From IMG/VR virus record IMGVR_UViG_3300025501_000001: a stretch of 64,000 bases of DNA; one strand, given 5' to 3'. The stretch comes from an uncultured virus (IMG/VR IMGVR_UViG_3300025501_000001). Its lineage: Duplodnaviria > Heunggongvirae > Uroviricota > Caudoviricetes. The notes under the pieces were generated by a model. It worked only from the letters and a program-made list of their open reading frames with translations, was not told where the DNA came from and made no database searches. Shown here piece after piece: positions 19,926 through 28,549 of this stretch. Positions within the stretch are counted from its first letter, which is position 1; the number at the start of each line of letters is the position of its first letter. Both the position numbers and the translations under genes were made by a program.

Positions 19926-20255
19926 ATGAGAGTCATCATCACCGAGGAAAACCTTCATCTCGTCGACCAGTACCAGAATTTATGGTTGGCAGAGCAGACC
20001 GCCGCGTGGATGCCCGACGGTACGATTTATCTCTACGCGCCGGCTCCCGAGAACCGGCTGGCACTTCAACGGGCCGGAGCGATCACGCACGAAGCCGTCG
20101 AATACGTCCTCATCCACAAAATAGGTCGTTGCATTTGGTCCGTCTGCTGCAATCTCTCCCATTATTTCTGCAACCTGGTGGAGATTGTGGTTTCGCTCGG
20201 GACGACCTTGACGCTCCGATCAAAGGAGTTTTGGAGCTGGCAAAAATGGACTTAA
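19926..20255 (+). CDS. Hypothetical protein lying between separated element arms
   Basis: MRVIITEEN...ITHEAVEY (HExxE, metallopeptidase-like). Confidence 0.6.
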   Translation: MRVIITEENLHLVDQYQNLWLAEQTAAWMPDGTIYLYAPAPENRLALQRAGAITHEAVEYVLIHKIGRCIWSVCCNLSHYFCNLVEIVVSLGTTLTLRSKEFWSWQKWT

Positions 20256-20260
20256 TGCGA

Positions 20261-20400
20261 GGCGTCCAACCTTGAACATTGAACATAGAACCTTGAACGC
20301 CCCCAAGGCGTCCAACCTTGAACATTGAACATAGAACCTTGAACGCCCCCAAGGGAGGCAACCTTGAACATCGAACATAGAACCGCCCCGCGAAGGGGCA
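20261..20400 (+). repeat. Three right (GAAC) arms without left arms
   Basis: caaccttgaacattgaacatagaaccttgaacgcccccaagg twice plus a variant. Confidence 0.9.
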
Positions 20401-20460
20401 AAAATATTGCAACGATTTACCAGCCCATTTCACTCTTCCGCGCTACAGTGATTTTTAACA

Positions 20461-20522
20461 TAGCTTAAGGTTTGGTAAAGAGGGGGGTTTTAACGTTGAA
20501 CATTGAACATCGAACATTGAAC
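20461..20522 (+). repeat. Partial heptamer element
   Basis: Loop plus ttgaac arm. Confidence 0.8.
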
Positions 20523-20535
20523 GGAGCGTTGATAG

Positions 20536-20661
20536 ATGGCGACTAAGGCCAAGGGTAAAACGGAGAAAATCGGGAAGGTGACCACCGGCAAGAAGAAACA
20601 GTTTGCCGGTCTCGCCGTAGAAGGCGAGAAGGCAGCCACCGCCGCGAAAACGGAGGGTTGA
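20536..20661 (+). CDS. Small basic protein with N-terminus similar to the next gene
   Basis: MATKAKGKT vs MATKAKDKT. Confidence 0.5.
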   Translation: MATKAKGKTEKIGKVTTGKKKQFAGLAVEGEKAATAAKTEG

Positions 20662-20664
20662 CAG

Positions 20665-20946
20665 ATGGCGACCAAAGCGAAGGACAAGACAGGGAAGTTT
20701 ACCAGGGCAACTGCTGCAGCCCCTCCCCGCTCCCCCGCCGCTCCTCGCTCCGGCGCCGTCAGCGGCTCGGACATCGTGGCCGCCATTGACGCGGAAGACC
20801 GGAAAAAACAGGACGCCCGGGACCTCGCGGCCCTGGAGGCCAAGGAGGCCGCGAAGAAGGAAGTGCCCCTCCCCGCCGCCAGCTCCGGCGCCGTCCGCGG
20901 CCAGGACGTCATTAAAACACTGCGGCAAAAAGGGATGAAGATATGA
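20665..20946 (+). CDS. Hypothetical protein
   Basis: GGAGG SD; stop overlaps next ATG. Confidence 0.6.
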   Translation: MATKAKDKTGKFTRATAAAPPRSPAAPRSGAVSGSDIVAAIDAEDRKKQDARDLAALEAKEAAKKEVPLPAASSGAVRGQDVIKTLRQKGMKI

Positions 20947-22562
20947 AAACCGGGATAAAGACCTTTCGCTTTATGGGGTCGAAGCAGGACAGCGCCGCCG
21001 GCGCCGATACCACCCCCACCGCCGAGCAGCTCGCGAAGATCAACCTGCTCACCAAGCGCGCCTTCGCGGCAGACGAGCTTTACGTGCGCCAGATGCGCCT
21101 CGCCCACAACGCCATAGACAGGGACGAGGAGCGGTTTACCGAGGGGATGATCGCGAACTTTGCGGCGACCGCCGTTAGAAAGACGCTCCTCATGGACCAC
21201 GACAAGTACGATACCTCCCGGAGCGCCCTGGGCAAGTTCTTTGACGTCGAGATCGAGAAAATGTCTCCTGCGGAAGCCGAAAAGGCGACCGGGGAGACCT
21301 TCAGGCTCCCCCCTACCGTCGACCAGGTCATGTTCCTCAGCCCGTGGTATTACATCCCCAGGGCCGCCGTCGACAAGCAGACGATCGTGAAGATCGACGC
21401 GGGCGTCTTCGATTTTACCTCCATCGGCTTCCGCGCGGAGACGCTCGTGCCCGTATGCGACGACATGGGCAACCACCTCTATTGCGAGTACCGGGGCAGG
21501 GGCGAGATGACCGAAGGGTCCTACGTCTACCTCGGGGCCCAGCAGGGCGCATCGTCCAAGGAATTGGGGGGGGGAAACCCCTCCGAAGGACAAGAGGCGA
21601 GAGGCGTGTCCCCCCATCCGCTTTACGAGAAAAGGGTCGTCGCCTTTCACACGACGCCAATGGCGGACCCCCGCACTGCATGGGACGGCGCGGCCTCCCG
21701 GGCAGCGGTCGCGAAGTGGGCATCTTCCGACGGCTCCGGCGACAAAGACAAGGTCGACTGGACGAAGTATGCGAAGGCCTTCGCCTGGTTCGACGACCAG
21801 AACCCTCACGCCTTCGGCTCTTACAAGCTCCCCCATCACGACGTCGTCAGCGGGGAGCTCCGGGTCGTCTGGAACGGCGTCCACGGCGCCATGGCCGCCC
21901 TTCACGGCGGCAGGGGAGGCGTCGACATCCCGGCCGCCGACCAGGACGGCGTCTACAATCACCTGTCCAAAGAATATGCGCTGTTCAAACAGACCCCTCC
22001 TCCAAAGGGACTCGATTTTGAGGATTGGGGCGAAGAATACAAAAATCCCGACAAAGGAGGGACCGGAACCATGAAGAACCTGGTCGCAAAACTAGCGGCA
22101 GCTTTCGGCAAGGCATTCACCGAAGACGAGGAAAAACTCTTTGGCGAAATAAAGGCGCTCGTTGAAGCGAAGGACACCGAGGTAGGCACGCAGAAAACGA
22201 GAATCGCCGAGTTCGAGGCGCGCATCGCGGCGCTTACCCCGCTGGCCGATGACGGCAAGGCCTACCGCGACGGCCTCGTCACGTCGTACGTGATGTATAA
22301 GGCGAAGCTCGGAGAATGCGCGGAGACGCCGGAGGCCCAGAAGGTCGTCAAGGACGTGATCGTCGCTTACCCCGTCGATTTCCTGAAATCCGAGGTCGCC
22401 CACCTCCAGGCCCGGGTAAACGAGAAATTCCCGAAGACCAAGGGCGAGCTGAACGGCGACATGCGGCAGGACAAGACCGGGGAGGGCGGCGAGGCCAAGA
22501 GCTGGAAGGAAGACAACCCGCTCGTCCCGAAAGAGACGAAAGAAGCGGTGACGACCGCGTAA
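20943..22562 (+). CDS. Prohead protease/scaffold protein
   Basis: IDRDEERF, LMDHD, TSIGF, EGSYVYLGAQ; coiled-coil C-terminus. Confidence 0.8.
   Translation: MKTGIKTFRFMGSKQDSAAGADTTPTAEQLAKINLLTKRAFAADELYVRQMRLAHNAIDRDEERFTEGMIANFAATAVRKTLLMDHDKYDTSRSALGKFFDVEIEKMSPAEAEKATGETFRLPPTVDQVMFLSPWYYIPRAAVDKQTIVKIDAGVFDFTSIGFRAETLVPVCDDMGNHLYCEYRGRGEMTEGSYVYLGAQQGASSKELGGGNPSEGQEARGVSPHPLYEKRVVAFHTTPMADPRTAWDGAASRAAVAKWASSDGSGDKDKVDWTKYAKAFAWFDDQNPHAFGSYKLPHHDVVSGELRVVWNGVHGAMAALHGGRGGVDIPAADQDGVYNHLSKEYALFKQTPPPKGLDFEDWGEEYKNPDKGGTGTMKNLVAKLAAAFGKAFTEDEEKLFGEIKALVEAKDTEVGTQKTRIAEFEARIAALTPLADDGKAYRDGLVTSYVMYKAKLGECAETPEAQKVVKDVIVAYPVDFLKSEVAHLQARVNEKFPKTKGELNGDMRQDKTGEGGEAKSWKEDNPLVPKETKEAVTTA
21565..21616 (+). 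repeat. CCTCCGAAG..GCGAGAGG hairpin, copy 2 (in protease)
   Basis: gggggaaacccctccgaaggacaagaggcgagaggcgtgtccccc. Confidence 0.75.
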
Positions 22563-22587
22563 CAAAGAAAATAAAGGAGGATAGAAC

Positions 22588-23346
22588 ATGAGCCTTGCGA
22601 TAATAAAAGATGAAATGCGGAACGTGCGGACCCTGGCCCTGGCTAATGGATCGGCCGTAGTCGCCAACCAGATCGTCCTCCAGAACGCAATTGTCCTGGT
22701 CGCCCTGCTCGCCGCCGGCGCAGGCGTGGAGATCGGCTACATGTACTTCGGGAAAGTAGGGTTCCCGAAGGCGACCGGCGTTTCTTTCGCCCCCGGCGAC
22801 GATTGCTACTGGGACAACAACGCGAGCAACATAACGACCACGCCCGCCGGCAACACGCTCTGCGGCATATGCCTGCTGCAGAACCAGAACGCGGACACCG
22901 AGATCGTGATGATGCTTTACCCCTACGCCGTGTTCGGCACCGACGCCGTCGCCCAGTCCAAGGCGACAAGCGCCGCCGCCCTCGTCTCCACGGCCGAGAG
23001 CCAGGCCGTATCCGTCGCGACGACCGAGTCGACGAACAAGAGCATCGCGGACAGCAAGGCGGCCTCTCTGGCAACTCAGGTCTCAAGCGGGAACTCCGCC
23101 GCGCTCTCGGAAGCCGCATCCGTGGCAACTCAGGTCTCAAGCGGAAACTCTGCCGCGCTATCCGAGGCGGCCTCCGTCGTGGCCCAGGATTCCGCCGGCA
23201 ATTCTGCCAACGCAAGCGCCGCCGCGTCGGCAGCCGCCTCGCTGGCGGCACAGGTGTCCGCAGCCATATCGACGGCCCTCGTTGCCTCCGCTGCCATGAG
23301 CAAGCTGGACAGCGCGGCCAAGTCCGCCACATGGAGCGGGTTTTAA
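22588..23346 (+). CDS. DUF2190-like capsid cement protein with Ser/Ala-rich repeat tail
   Basis: FPKATGVSFAPGDDCYWDN..TTTPAGNTLCG; ATQVSSGNSAALSEAASV repeats. Confidence 0.7.
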   Translation: MSLAIIKDEMRNVRTLALANGSAVVANQIVLQNAIVLVALLAAGAGVEIGYMYFGKVGFPKATGVSFAPGDDCYWDNNASNITTTPAGNTLCGICLLQNQNADTEIVMMLYPYAVFGTDAVAQSKATSAAALVSTAESQAVSVATTESTNKSIADSKAASLATQVSSGNSAALSEAASVATQVSSGNSAALSEAASVVAQDSAGNSANASAAASAAASLAAQVSAAISTALVASAAMSKLDSAAKSATWSGF

Positions 23347-23347
23347 A

Positions 23348-23475
23348 AGCAGCATAGAGCAAGAGCAGCATGGAGCATAGAGCATAGAGATGTTCAAGGT
23401 TCAGAGTTCAAAGTTCAGGGTTCAGGAAAGGGAGGATGGTTTTAACGTTGAACATCGAACATTGAACCTTGAACA
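23348..23475 (+). repeat. Heptamer element
   Basis: AGCA, GTTC and GAAC arms. Confidence 0.9.
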
Positions 23476-23493
23476 GCCTTTTGGAGCGCAGCG

Positions 23494-24471
23494 GTGAAGA
23501 TAGCCCACTGGACGATTACGAACAACTCAGGGATGCATCACGTAGCCGCATCCCTGATGAAGGCGGAGCTCCTGGCCGGCATGCACTCGTGCCTTGTCGA
23601 TCCCCAGGGCCCCCAGTCCGGCTACGACATCGCCGAAGACGCGGACGTCCACGTGATCCACACGCATTTCCCGGACGCGATGAGGAAGAGGATCTCGAAG
23701 CCCCTCAGGCTGGTATGGGTCGCCCACGGCTCCGTGGAGCATTCCTTCCAGTCCTCCGTCGAGGCCACGAGCAACAAAGGCTACGGCGCCGGCGACGGCT
23801 GGATGCTCAACCAATACTGGCTGCAGCACGCGGACGCGGCAGTGACGTTCTGGGACCGCCAGGCGGCGATATGGCAGTCCCTCTGCGACAAAAATATGAC
23901 GGTGCGCCTCATCCCCATGGGCGTGGAAAAGACGTTCTGGAAGCCCGTCGAGAGCCGCGGCAAATACCTCGGGGACGTGAGCCTCTTCACGGCGGAGAAT
24001 TGCCACTACATGAAGTGGCCCCTCGACCTCTTTATCGCGTGGCCGTGGGTATGGCCCGAGGTACCCGGCAGCTTCCTCCACGTCGCCTATCTTCCCAACA
24101 ATCTGCACCGTTGGTTCTTTCCCCTCATCAACCGCAACGGTGCGGCTTTCCATTCCGTGGTGAGCGGCATCTATTTCAGCCCGGAAGAGCTGCGCAACGC
24201 CTTCTGCTCGACCGATTATTTCATCGGCCTCGTCAGGTACGGCGATTTCAACCGCCTCTGCCTGGAGGCGAACGCCTCGGGCGCAAAGACGATCTCCTAC
24301 CGCGGCAATCCCTATTCCGATTATTGGATCTCCGAAGGCGACCAGCGGGAGATGGCCAAAGAGCTCGTTGCGATACTCAAAGGCGATGTCGAGCCCAGGC
24401 AGAAAGAGACGGTCCCCGACATCGGCGCGACGGCCACGGCAATGATCCAGGTGTATCAGGAGATCCTATGA
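23494..24471 (+). CDS. Glycosyltransferase (GT-B/GT4-like)
   Basis: MKIAH..SGM, IPMGVE, LEANASGAKTI. Confidence 0.75.
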   Translation: MKIAHWTITNNSGMHHVAASLMKAELLAGMHSCLVDPQGPQSGYDIAEDADVHVIHTHFPDAMRKRISKPLRLVWVAHGSVEHSFQSSVEATSNKGYGAGDGWMLNQYWLQHADAAVTFWDRQAAIWQSLCDKNMTVRLIPMGVEKTFWKPVESRGKYLGDVSLFTAENCHYMKWPLDLFIAWPWVWPEVPGSFLHVAYLPNNLHRWFFPLINRNGAAFHSVVSGIYFSPEELRNAFCSTDYFIGLVRYGDFNRLCLEANASGAKTISYRGNPYSDYWISEGDQREMAKELVAILKGDVEPRQKETVPDIGATATAMIQVYQEIL

Positions 24472-24472
24472 G

Positions 24473-24560
24473 AAGGTTCAAGGTTCAGAGTTCAAAGTTC
24501 AAGGTTCGGGAGAGAGGATGAGGGTCTTAACATTGAACGTTGAACATCGAACATTGAACA
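24473..24560 (+). repeat. Heptamer element overlapping the acetyltransferase start
   Basis: GTTC arm, loop containing ATG, GAAC arm. Confidence 0.9.
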
Positions 24561-25183
24561 GTCCTTTGAAGGTGCTGAATGAAAAACTCAAGGTTATCTT
24601 CGGGGGCCGACCCGAATCTCATGGGACGCCCGCCGGTAATTCTGGTAACGTCGAATCCGCACACAACCGTTATCGGCCCGCAAAGATCGGCCGGGGGACG
24701 CGCATCGAGCCCACGGCCGTCATCCAGGAAGGCTGCGAAATAGGCGAAGACTGCTTCATCGGCCATTACGTCGTGATGCGGCCGGGGACGAAGATCGGCA
24801 ACAGGACCGTCATCGGCCACCTGACCGTCTTCGAGGGAGAATGCTCGGTCGGGGACGATTGCCTCATCCACGCCCAGTGCCACATCACGAAAGGCGCGAC
24901 CATCGGGGACAAGGTTTTCATCGCCCCGGGCTTCATCGGCGCGAACGACCCCGACATGCTCCACCAGCGGCGCCACCTCAAAGAGTTCGTGCCGAAAGGC
25001 TACACGATCAAAAGGGGCGCCAGGATCGCGATAGGGGTCCTCGTACTGCCGGGCGTGACCATAGGGGAAAATGCGGTGGTCGGCGCCGGCGCGATCGTGA
25101 CGAAAAACGTGCCGCCCTTCGCGGTCGTCTATGGCGCTCCAGGGCGGGTCAGGGGACTCGTGAACGAAGAGGAGATCATATGA
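24518..25183 (+). CDS. Hexapeptide-repeat acyltransferase
   Basis: IGEDCFIG, IGDKVFIAPG, GENAVVGAGAIVTKNVP. Confidence 0.9.
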   Translation: MRVLTLNVEHRTLNSPLKVLNEKLKVIFGGRPESHGTPAGNSGNVESAHNRYRPAKIGRGTRIEPTAVIQEGCEIGEDCFIGHYVVMRPGTKIGNRTVIGHLTVFEGECSVGDDCLIHAQCHITKGATIGDKVFIAPGFIGANDPDMLHQRRHLKEFVPKGYTIKRGARIAIGVLVLPGVTIGENAVVGAGAIVTKNVPPFAVVYGAPGRVRGLVNEEEII

Positions 25184-25237
25184 GGACCTAGAAGAAAACC
25201 GGGCCATCTGAAGGTCTGATCAACCCGAGGATAAATC

Positions 25238-25283
25238 AAGGAAGGCTGTTGGGAGCCCAACCTCTCGCAGCCTTCCTTTTTTT
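25238..25283 (+). terminator. Terminator-like hairpin inside a larger structure
   Basis: AAGGAAGGCTG...CAGCCTTCCTT followed by a T run. Confidence 0.55.
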
Positions 25284-25346
25284 GGCCCTGACATAAACGG
25301 CAAGCCGGGAACGGAGCCACACCTCTTCGAGGAATGGCACCGCAAC

Positions 25347-25478
25347 ATGTTTAAGGTTCAGGGTTCAGGGATGTTCAAAGTTCAAGGTTCAAAGTTCAAG
25401 GTTTTAAAAAAGATCGAGGTTCAACATTGAACGTTGAACATAGAACCTTGAACAGCCCCGAAGGGGCAACATTGAACA
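25347..25478 (+). repeat. Heptamer element
   Basis: GTTC/GAAC arms with GCCCCGAAGGGGC spacer. Confidence 0.9.
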
Positions 25479-25520
25479 GCGCATAAACGCGAAATCGATC
25501 AAAGGAGGGCACAGAAGGCC

Positions 25521-26492
25521 ATGGAACTCTACGGAAAGAAAATTTTCGACTGGAAAAAGATTGACGGCATCCCGCAGACGGAGCGCAGGGACGCGATCGT
25601 CGCCGCGCTGAATACGTTCATCAAGGGGATTCAGGCCTCGAAGGTGCCCGGCCTGGCCTATCAGGGCCAGAAGATCTCCGCCGCCGACCCGAACTTGATG
25701 GGGCCGGTCCCTGTCATCCTCGTCATGAGCGATACGATCAAGTTCCCCGATCGCGGGTACGAGATGCTCTTCGACGAGGTCGACATGCGGGCGAGCCAGA
25801 TCGACAGCTTCGACATGCTCGACGTGACGGGCGGCGTGACCTTCTACCAGCGCCAGCCGGGCGAGGAAGCGAGCTTGTCGAACATCCCGACCTCCGCCCT
25901 CACGAACGTCGGCATGCTCCGGTTCATCGGGGGCTACAACCTGCTCGACGACTGGATCCGCTTCAATAAGTATTACCTCATCGACGACCTGGCCGCCGAT
26001 ACCGTCCGCAGGTGGTTCGACAAGAAGGCCGTGATCTTCTACGGGCTTTTGGCGGCCCTCGCCGCCGGCATCAACCAGGCTTACGTTACGGACGATGTCA
26101 CCACGATCAACACCGCCTGCGCCAACATCCTGGTCAACCTCCAGGCCGCCGGCTACCCGGTCGACGAGAACTCGATCTTCACGATCACCTGCAACCCGAC
26201 GCTGAGAGGCCGGGTCCTCCGGGCCATGGCATCGAGCTTTTCGATGCCGAATGTGAACGCCAACCAGGTCGTCTACAACATCGGCACGGTGATCACCACG
26301 ACGAAGATTGCGAACACGTCATACTACGTCTCCCTGCCCGGCGGGAAGAACAAGCGCGGCGAGTGGGAGGACCTGAACCTGAGGCCCCCGCAGCGGAACG
26401 AGCTGGTGCTGGGCGCCGCCTACGTCTGGACCGGCGCATACAACGGCATCATCGGAGAGGCGCTGCAGCACCAGAGGTGCGCGCTGGCGTAA
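25521..26492 (+). CDS. Major capsid protein (probable)
   Basis: Synteny, 323 aa, strong SD. Confidence 0.7.
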   Translation: MELYGKKIFDWKKIDGIPQTERRDAIVAALNTFIKGIQASKVPGLAYQGQKISAADPNLMGPVPVILVMSDTIKFPDRGYEMLFDEVDMRASQIDSFDMLDVTGGVTFYQRQPGEEASLSNIPTSALTNVGMLRFIGGYNLLDDWIRFNKYYLIDDLAADTVRRWFDKKAVIFYGLLAALAAGINQAYVTDDVTTINTACANILVNLQAAGYPVDENSIFTITCNPTLRGRVLRAMASSFSMPNVNANQVVYNIGTVITTTKIANTSYYVSLPGGKNKRGEWEDLNLRPPQRNELVLGAAYVWTGAYNGIIGEALQHQRCALA

Positions 26493-26631
26493 GCAGAAGC
26501 AGCATGGAGCATGGAGCACGCTCGCTGTGCTCGCTCTGGAGCATGGAGATGTTCAAGGTTCAAGGTTCAGGGTTCAAGGTTTGCAAAGAGAAAGGTTCTA
26601 ACGTTGAACTTTGAACTTTGAACATTGAACA
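26493..26631 (+). repeat. Heptamer element
   Basis: AGCA, GTTC and GAAC arms. Confidence 0.9.
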
Positions 26632-26648
26632 GCCCTTAAGGAGGGATT

Positions 26649-26822
26649 ATGGAAGGCGAGAGAACTGATATCGACGGCTATGGCGATGGGGCCCCCGGAA
26701 CGGTCGACTATCCTAACGTGACGGACGGCAACATGGACGAAGGCGACGGCACGGACCCCGAGGACAACGGCGGGGATAACGGCGGAGACGACGGGACGGA
26801 CGACGGCACCGACGACGAATAG
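26649..26822 (+). CDS. 57-aa highly acidic Asp/Gly-rich peptide
   Basis: AAGGAGG SD; MEGERTDIDG...DDGTDDGTDDE. Confidence 0.6.
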   Translation: MEGERTDIDGYGDGAPGTVDYPNVTDGNMDEGDGTDPEDNGGDNGGDDGTDDGTDDE

Positions 26823-26825
26823 AGA

Positions 26826-26942
26826 CGTTCAAAGTTCAAGGTTCCAGGTTCAAAGTTTGGGAAAGAGGGCGGTTTCAACCTTGAACCCTGAACATTGAAC
26901 CTTGAACATTGTCCGCGCCGCAGGCGCGGGTGAGCGAAGCGA
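26826..26942 (+). repeat. Heptamer element with CGCCGCAGGCG hairpin
   Basis: GTTC/GAAC arms. Confidence 0.9.
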
Positions 26943-27401
26943 ATGATTAACGCATCCGACATCATCGGCCCGAGCGGTATGGGCTTCACCAAGGAGATAT
27001 TCGATATCCCCGACGACGACGGTTTTACCACGTTCGTCCTCGGGGTCATTACCGAACAGTCCACCCTGCTCGAAGGCAGGGTCGGGGACCTGGTCTATAA
27101 CTCGACGGTCGCTCCGACGCCCACGCAGGTCGCGCGGGTGGAAAAATGCCTTACCGCCGCCGAGCTGCTCGACAGGCGCATCAACAAGCGCCTGGTGAAC
27201 GTCCTCGCCGCCGGCCAGGAGTTCGATGTCAAATCCGAAACGAAGCAGCGGGACGACTACCGGGCCGAGGCGGAGAGGATCATCAACCAGAACCTGCTCG
27301 TGCTGACCACCAGCAGGGGCACCGAATCGGGCGACTTCGCCTCCGGCGTGCTCGTGACGACGCACTTCCGCCGGCGTGAAGGGTTTTTATGGGGACGATG
27401 A
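26943..27401 (+). CDS. Putative head-tail adaptor
   Basis: Synteny after capsid. Confidence 0.55.
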   Translation: MINASDIIGPSGMGFTKEIFDIPDDDGFTTFVLGVITEQSTLLEGRVGDLVYNSTVAPTPTQVARVEKCLTAAELLDRRINKRLVNVLAAGQEFDVKSETKQRDDYRAEAERIINQNLLVLTTSRGTESGDFASGVLVTTHFRRREGFLWGR

Positions 27402-27403
27402 GG

Positions 27404-27527
27404 CGTTCAATGTTCAAGGTTCAAGGTTCAAGGTTAGAAACTTTGAACATTGAACGGCTTTATGAAACAGGGGGTTTTCAACTTTGAACGTTGAACATCG
27501 AACCTTGAACGGTTTTGAGCGCAGCGA
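27404..27527 (+). repeat. Heptamer element
   Basis: GTTC/GAAC arms. Confidence 0.9.
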
Positions 27528-27536
27528 GGAACCCTG

Positions 27537-28061
27537 ATGCTCGACATAAGCGTGACCGTCGAAGGCGACAAGGTAGTGATCGAGAACCTCGATGCCCACG
27601 CCGCGAGGATCCCCGCCGCCATAGACCGCGCCCTCACGCGCGTAGGCACCGGCGTCTTCGAAAACGCCCAGTATTGGCTCAGCGGGGCAGGCGGCGCATC
27701 GAAAGACCAGCGCACGGACTATGTCGGCTTCACTAAGAAATCCGGCGATAAGGTCATGTTCCGAAGTTACGAAGGCGCGGGCGCCTACCCTGTCCCTGCC
27801 CGGACAGGCTTCCTGAGGCAGCTCCTCGATTGGCTCCATCCGGGTGAAGCGAAATCCGGTCCTGCCGGCTCGTTCACCGCCGGGCCTTTCGAGACCGTCA
27901 TCTTCGATTCCGCCCTCTATGCCCGCGTCATCCGCGAGGGCACCGGCTCGTCCCGCAAGTACGGTCCCAGGGATTACCTCACGGACGGCCTCACGCGCTT
28001 CGACTCAGGCGGCGCGATAAAGGCGATTTTTGAGGAAGAGATCGAAAAGGAGACGAAATGA
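27537..28061 (+). CDS. HK97 gp10-like neck/tail completion protein
   Basis: PVPARTGFLRQ; YARVIREGT..PRDYL. Confidence 0.7.
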   Translation: MLDISVTVEGDKVVIENLDAHAARIPAAIDRALTRVGTGVFENAQYWLSGAGGASKDQRTDYVGFTKKSGDKVMFRSYEGAGAYPVPARTGFLRQLLDWLHPGEAKSGPAGSFTAGPFETVIFDSALYARVIREGTGSSRKYGPRDYLTDGLTRFDSGGAIKAIFEEEIEKETK

Positions 28062-28549
28062 GAAGGTCAGGGGATGTTCAAGGTTCAAGGTTCAAAGTTC
28101 AAAGTTGGGAAAAGAGCGGTTTTAACCTTGAACGTCGAACGTTGAACATTGAACAGGCTTTTGCTCCCTGCTCCATGCTGCTTTTGCTGCTCTTGGCTCT
28201 CTGCCCCGCCCTCGCCGGCAACGTCTCCATGACCGAGGTCCAGCGGCACGACACGTACTCTTACTCCTGGGTGCTGGCCACGAACCAGACGTCATCCGGG
28301 GCGAGTGAGACCGCCGTCAACGTCCAGTACTGCAAGGGGTCGAAGGTCCTGGAGATCGATACCGCCGGCTCGCCGGTCAATATCGCGGTCACCGTCAACG
28401 AGGACGCGAACGGCGCGGCAACGAAGAACCTGACGATAACGAGCGCCGGAGCCACCAAGCTGGCGACGATGCACCACATCACGTCGCTCTACGTGACGAG
28501 CGCGATCACCTCCGGCTCGATAACGTCCATCCAGTTGAGCTGCGAATGA
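28058..28549 (+). CDS. Hypothetical virion protein with in-frame element at N-terminus (28074-28203)
   Basis: ATGA coupling at both ends. Confidence 0.65.
   Translation: MRRSGDVQGSRFKVQSWEKSGFNLERRTLNIEQAFAPCSMLLLLLLALCPALAGNVSMTEVQRHDTYSYSWVLATNQTSSGASETAVNVQYCKGSKVLEIDTAGSPVNIAVTVNEDANGAATKNLTITSAGATKLATMHHITSLYVTSAITSGSITSIQLSCE

Noticed and set aside
27470..27480. Element loop as a universal -1 slippery site (G GGT TTT)
   Set aside because: In correct phase here but not in the portal or NlpC copies.
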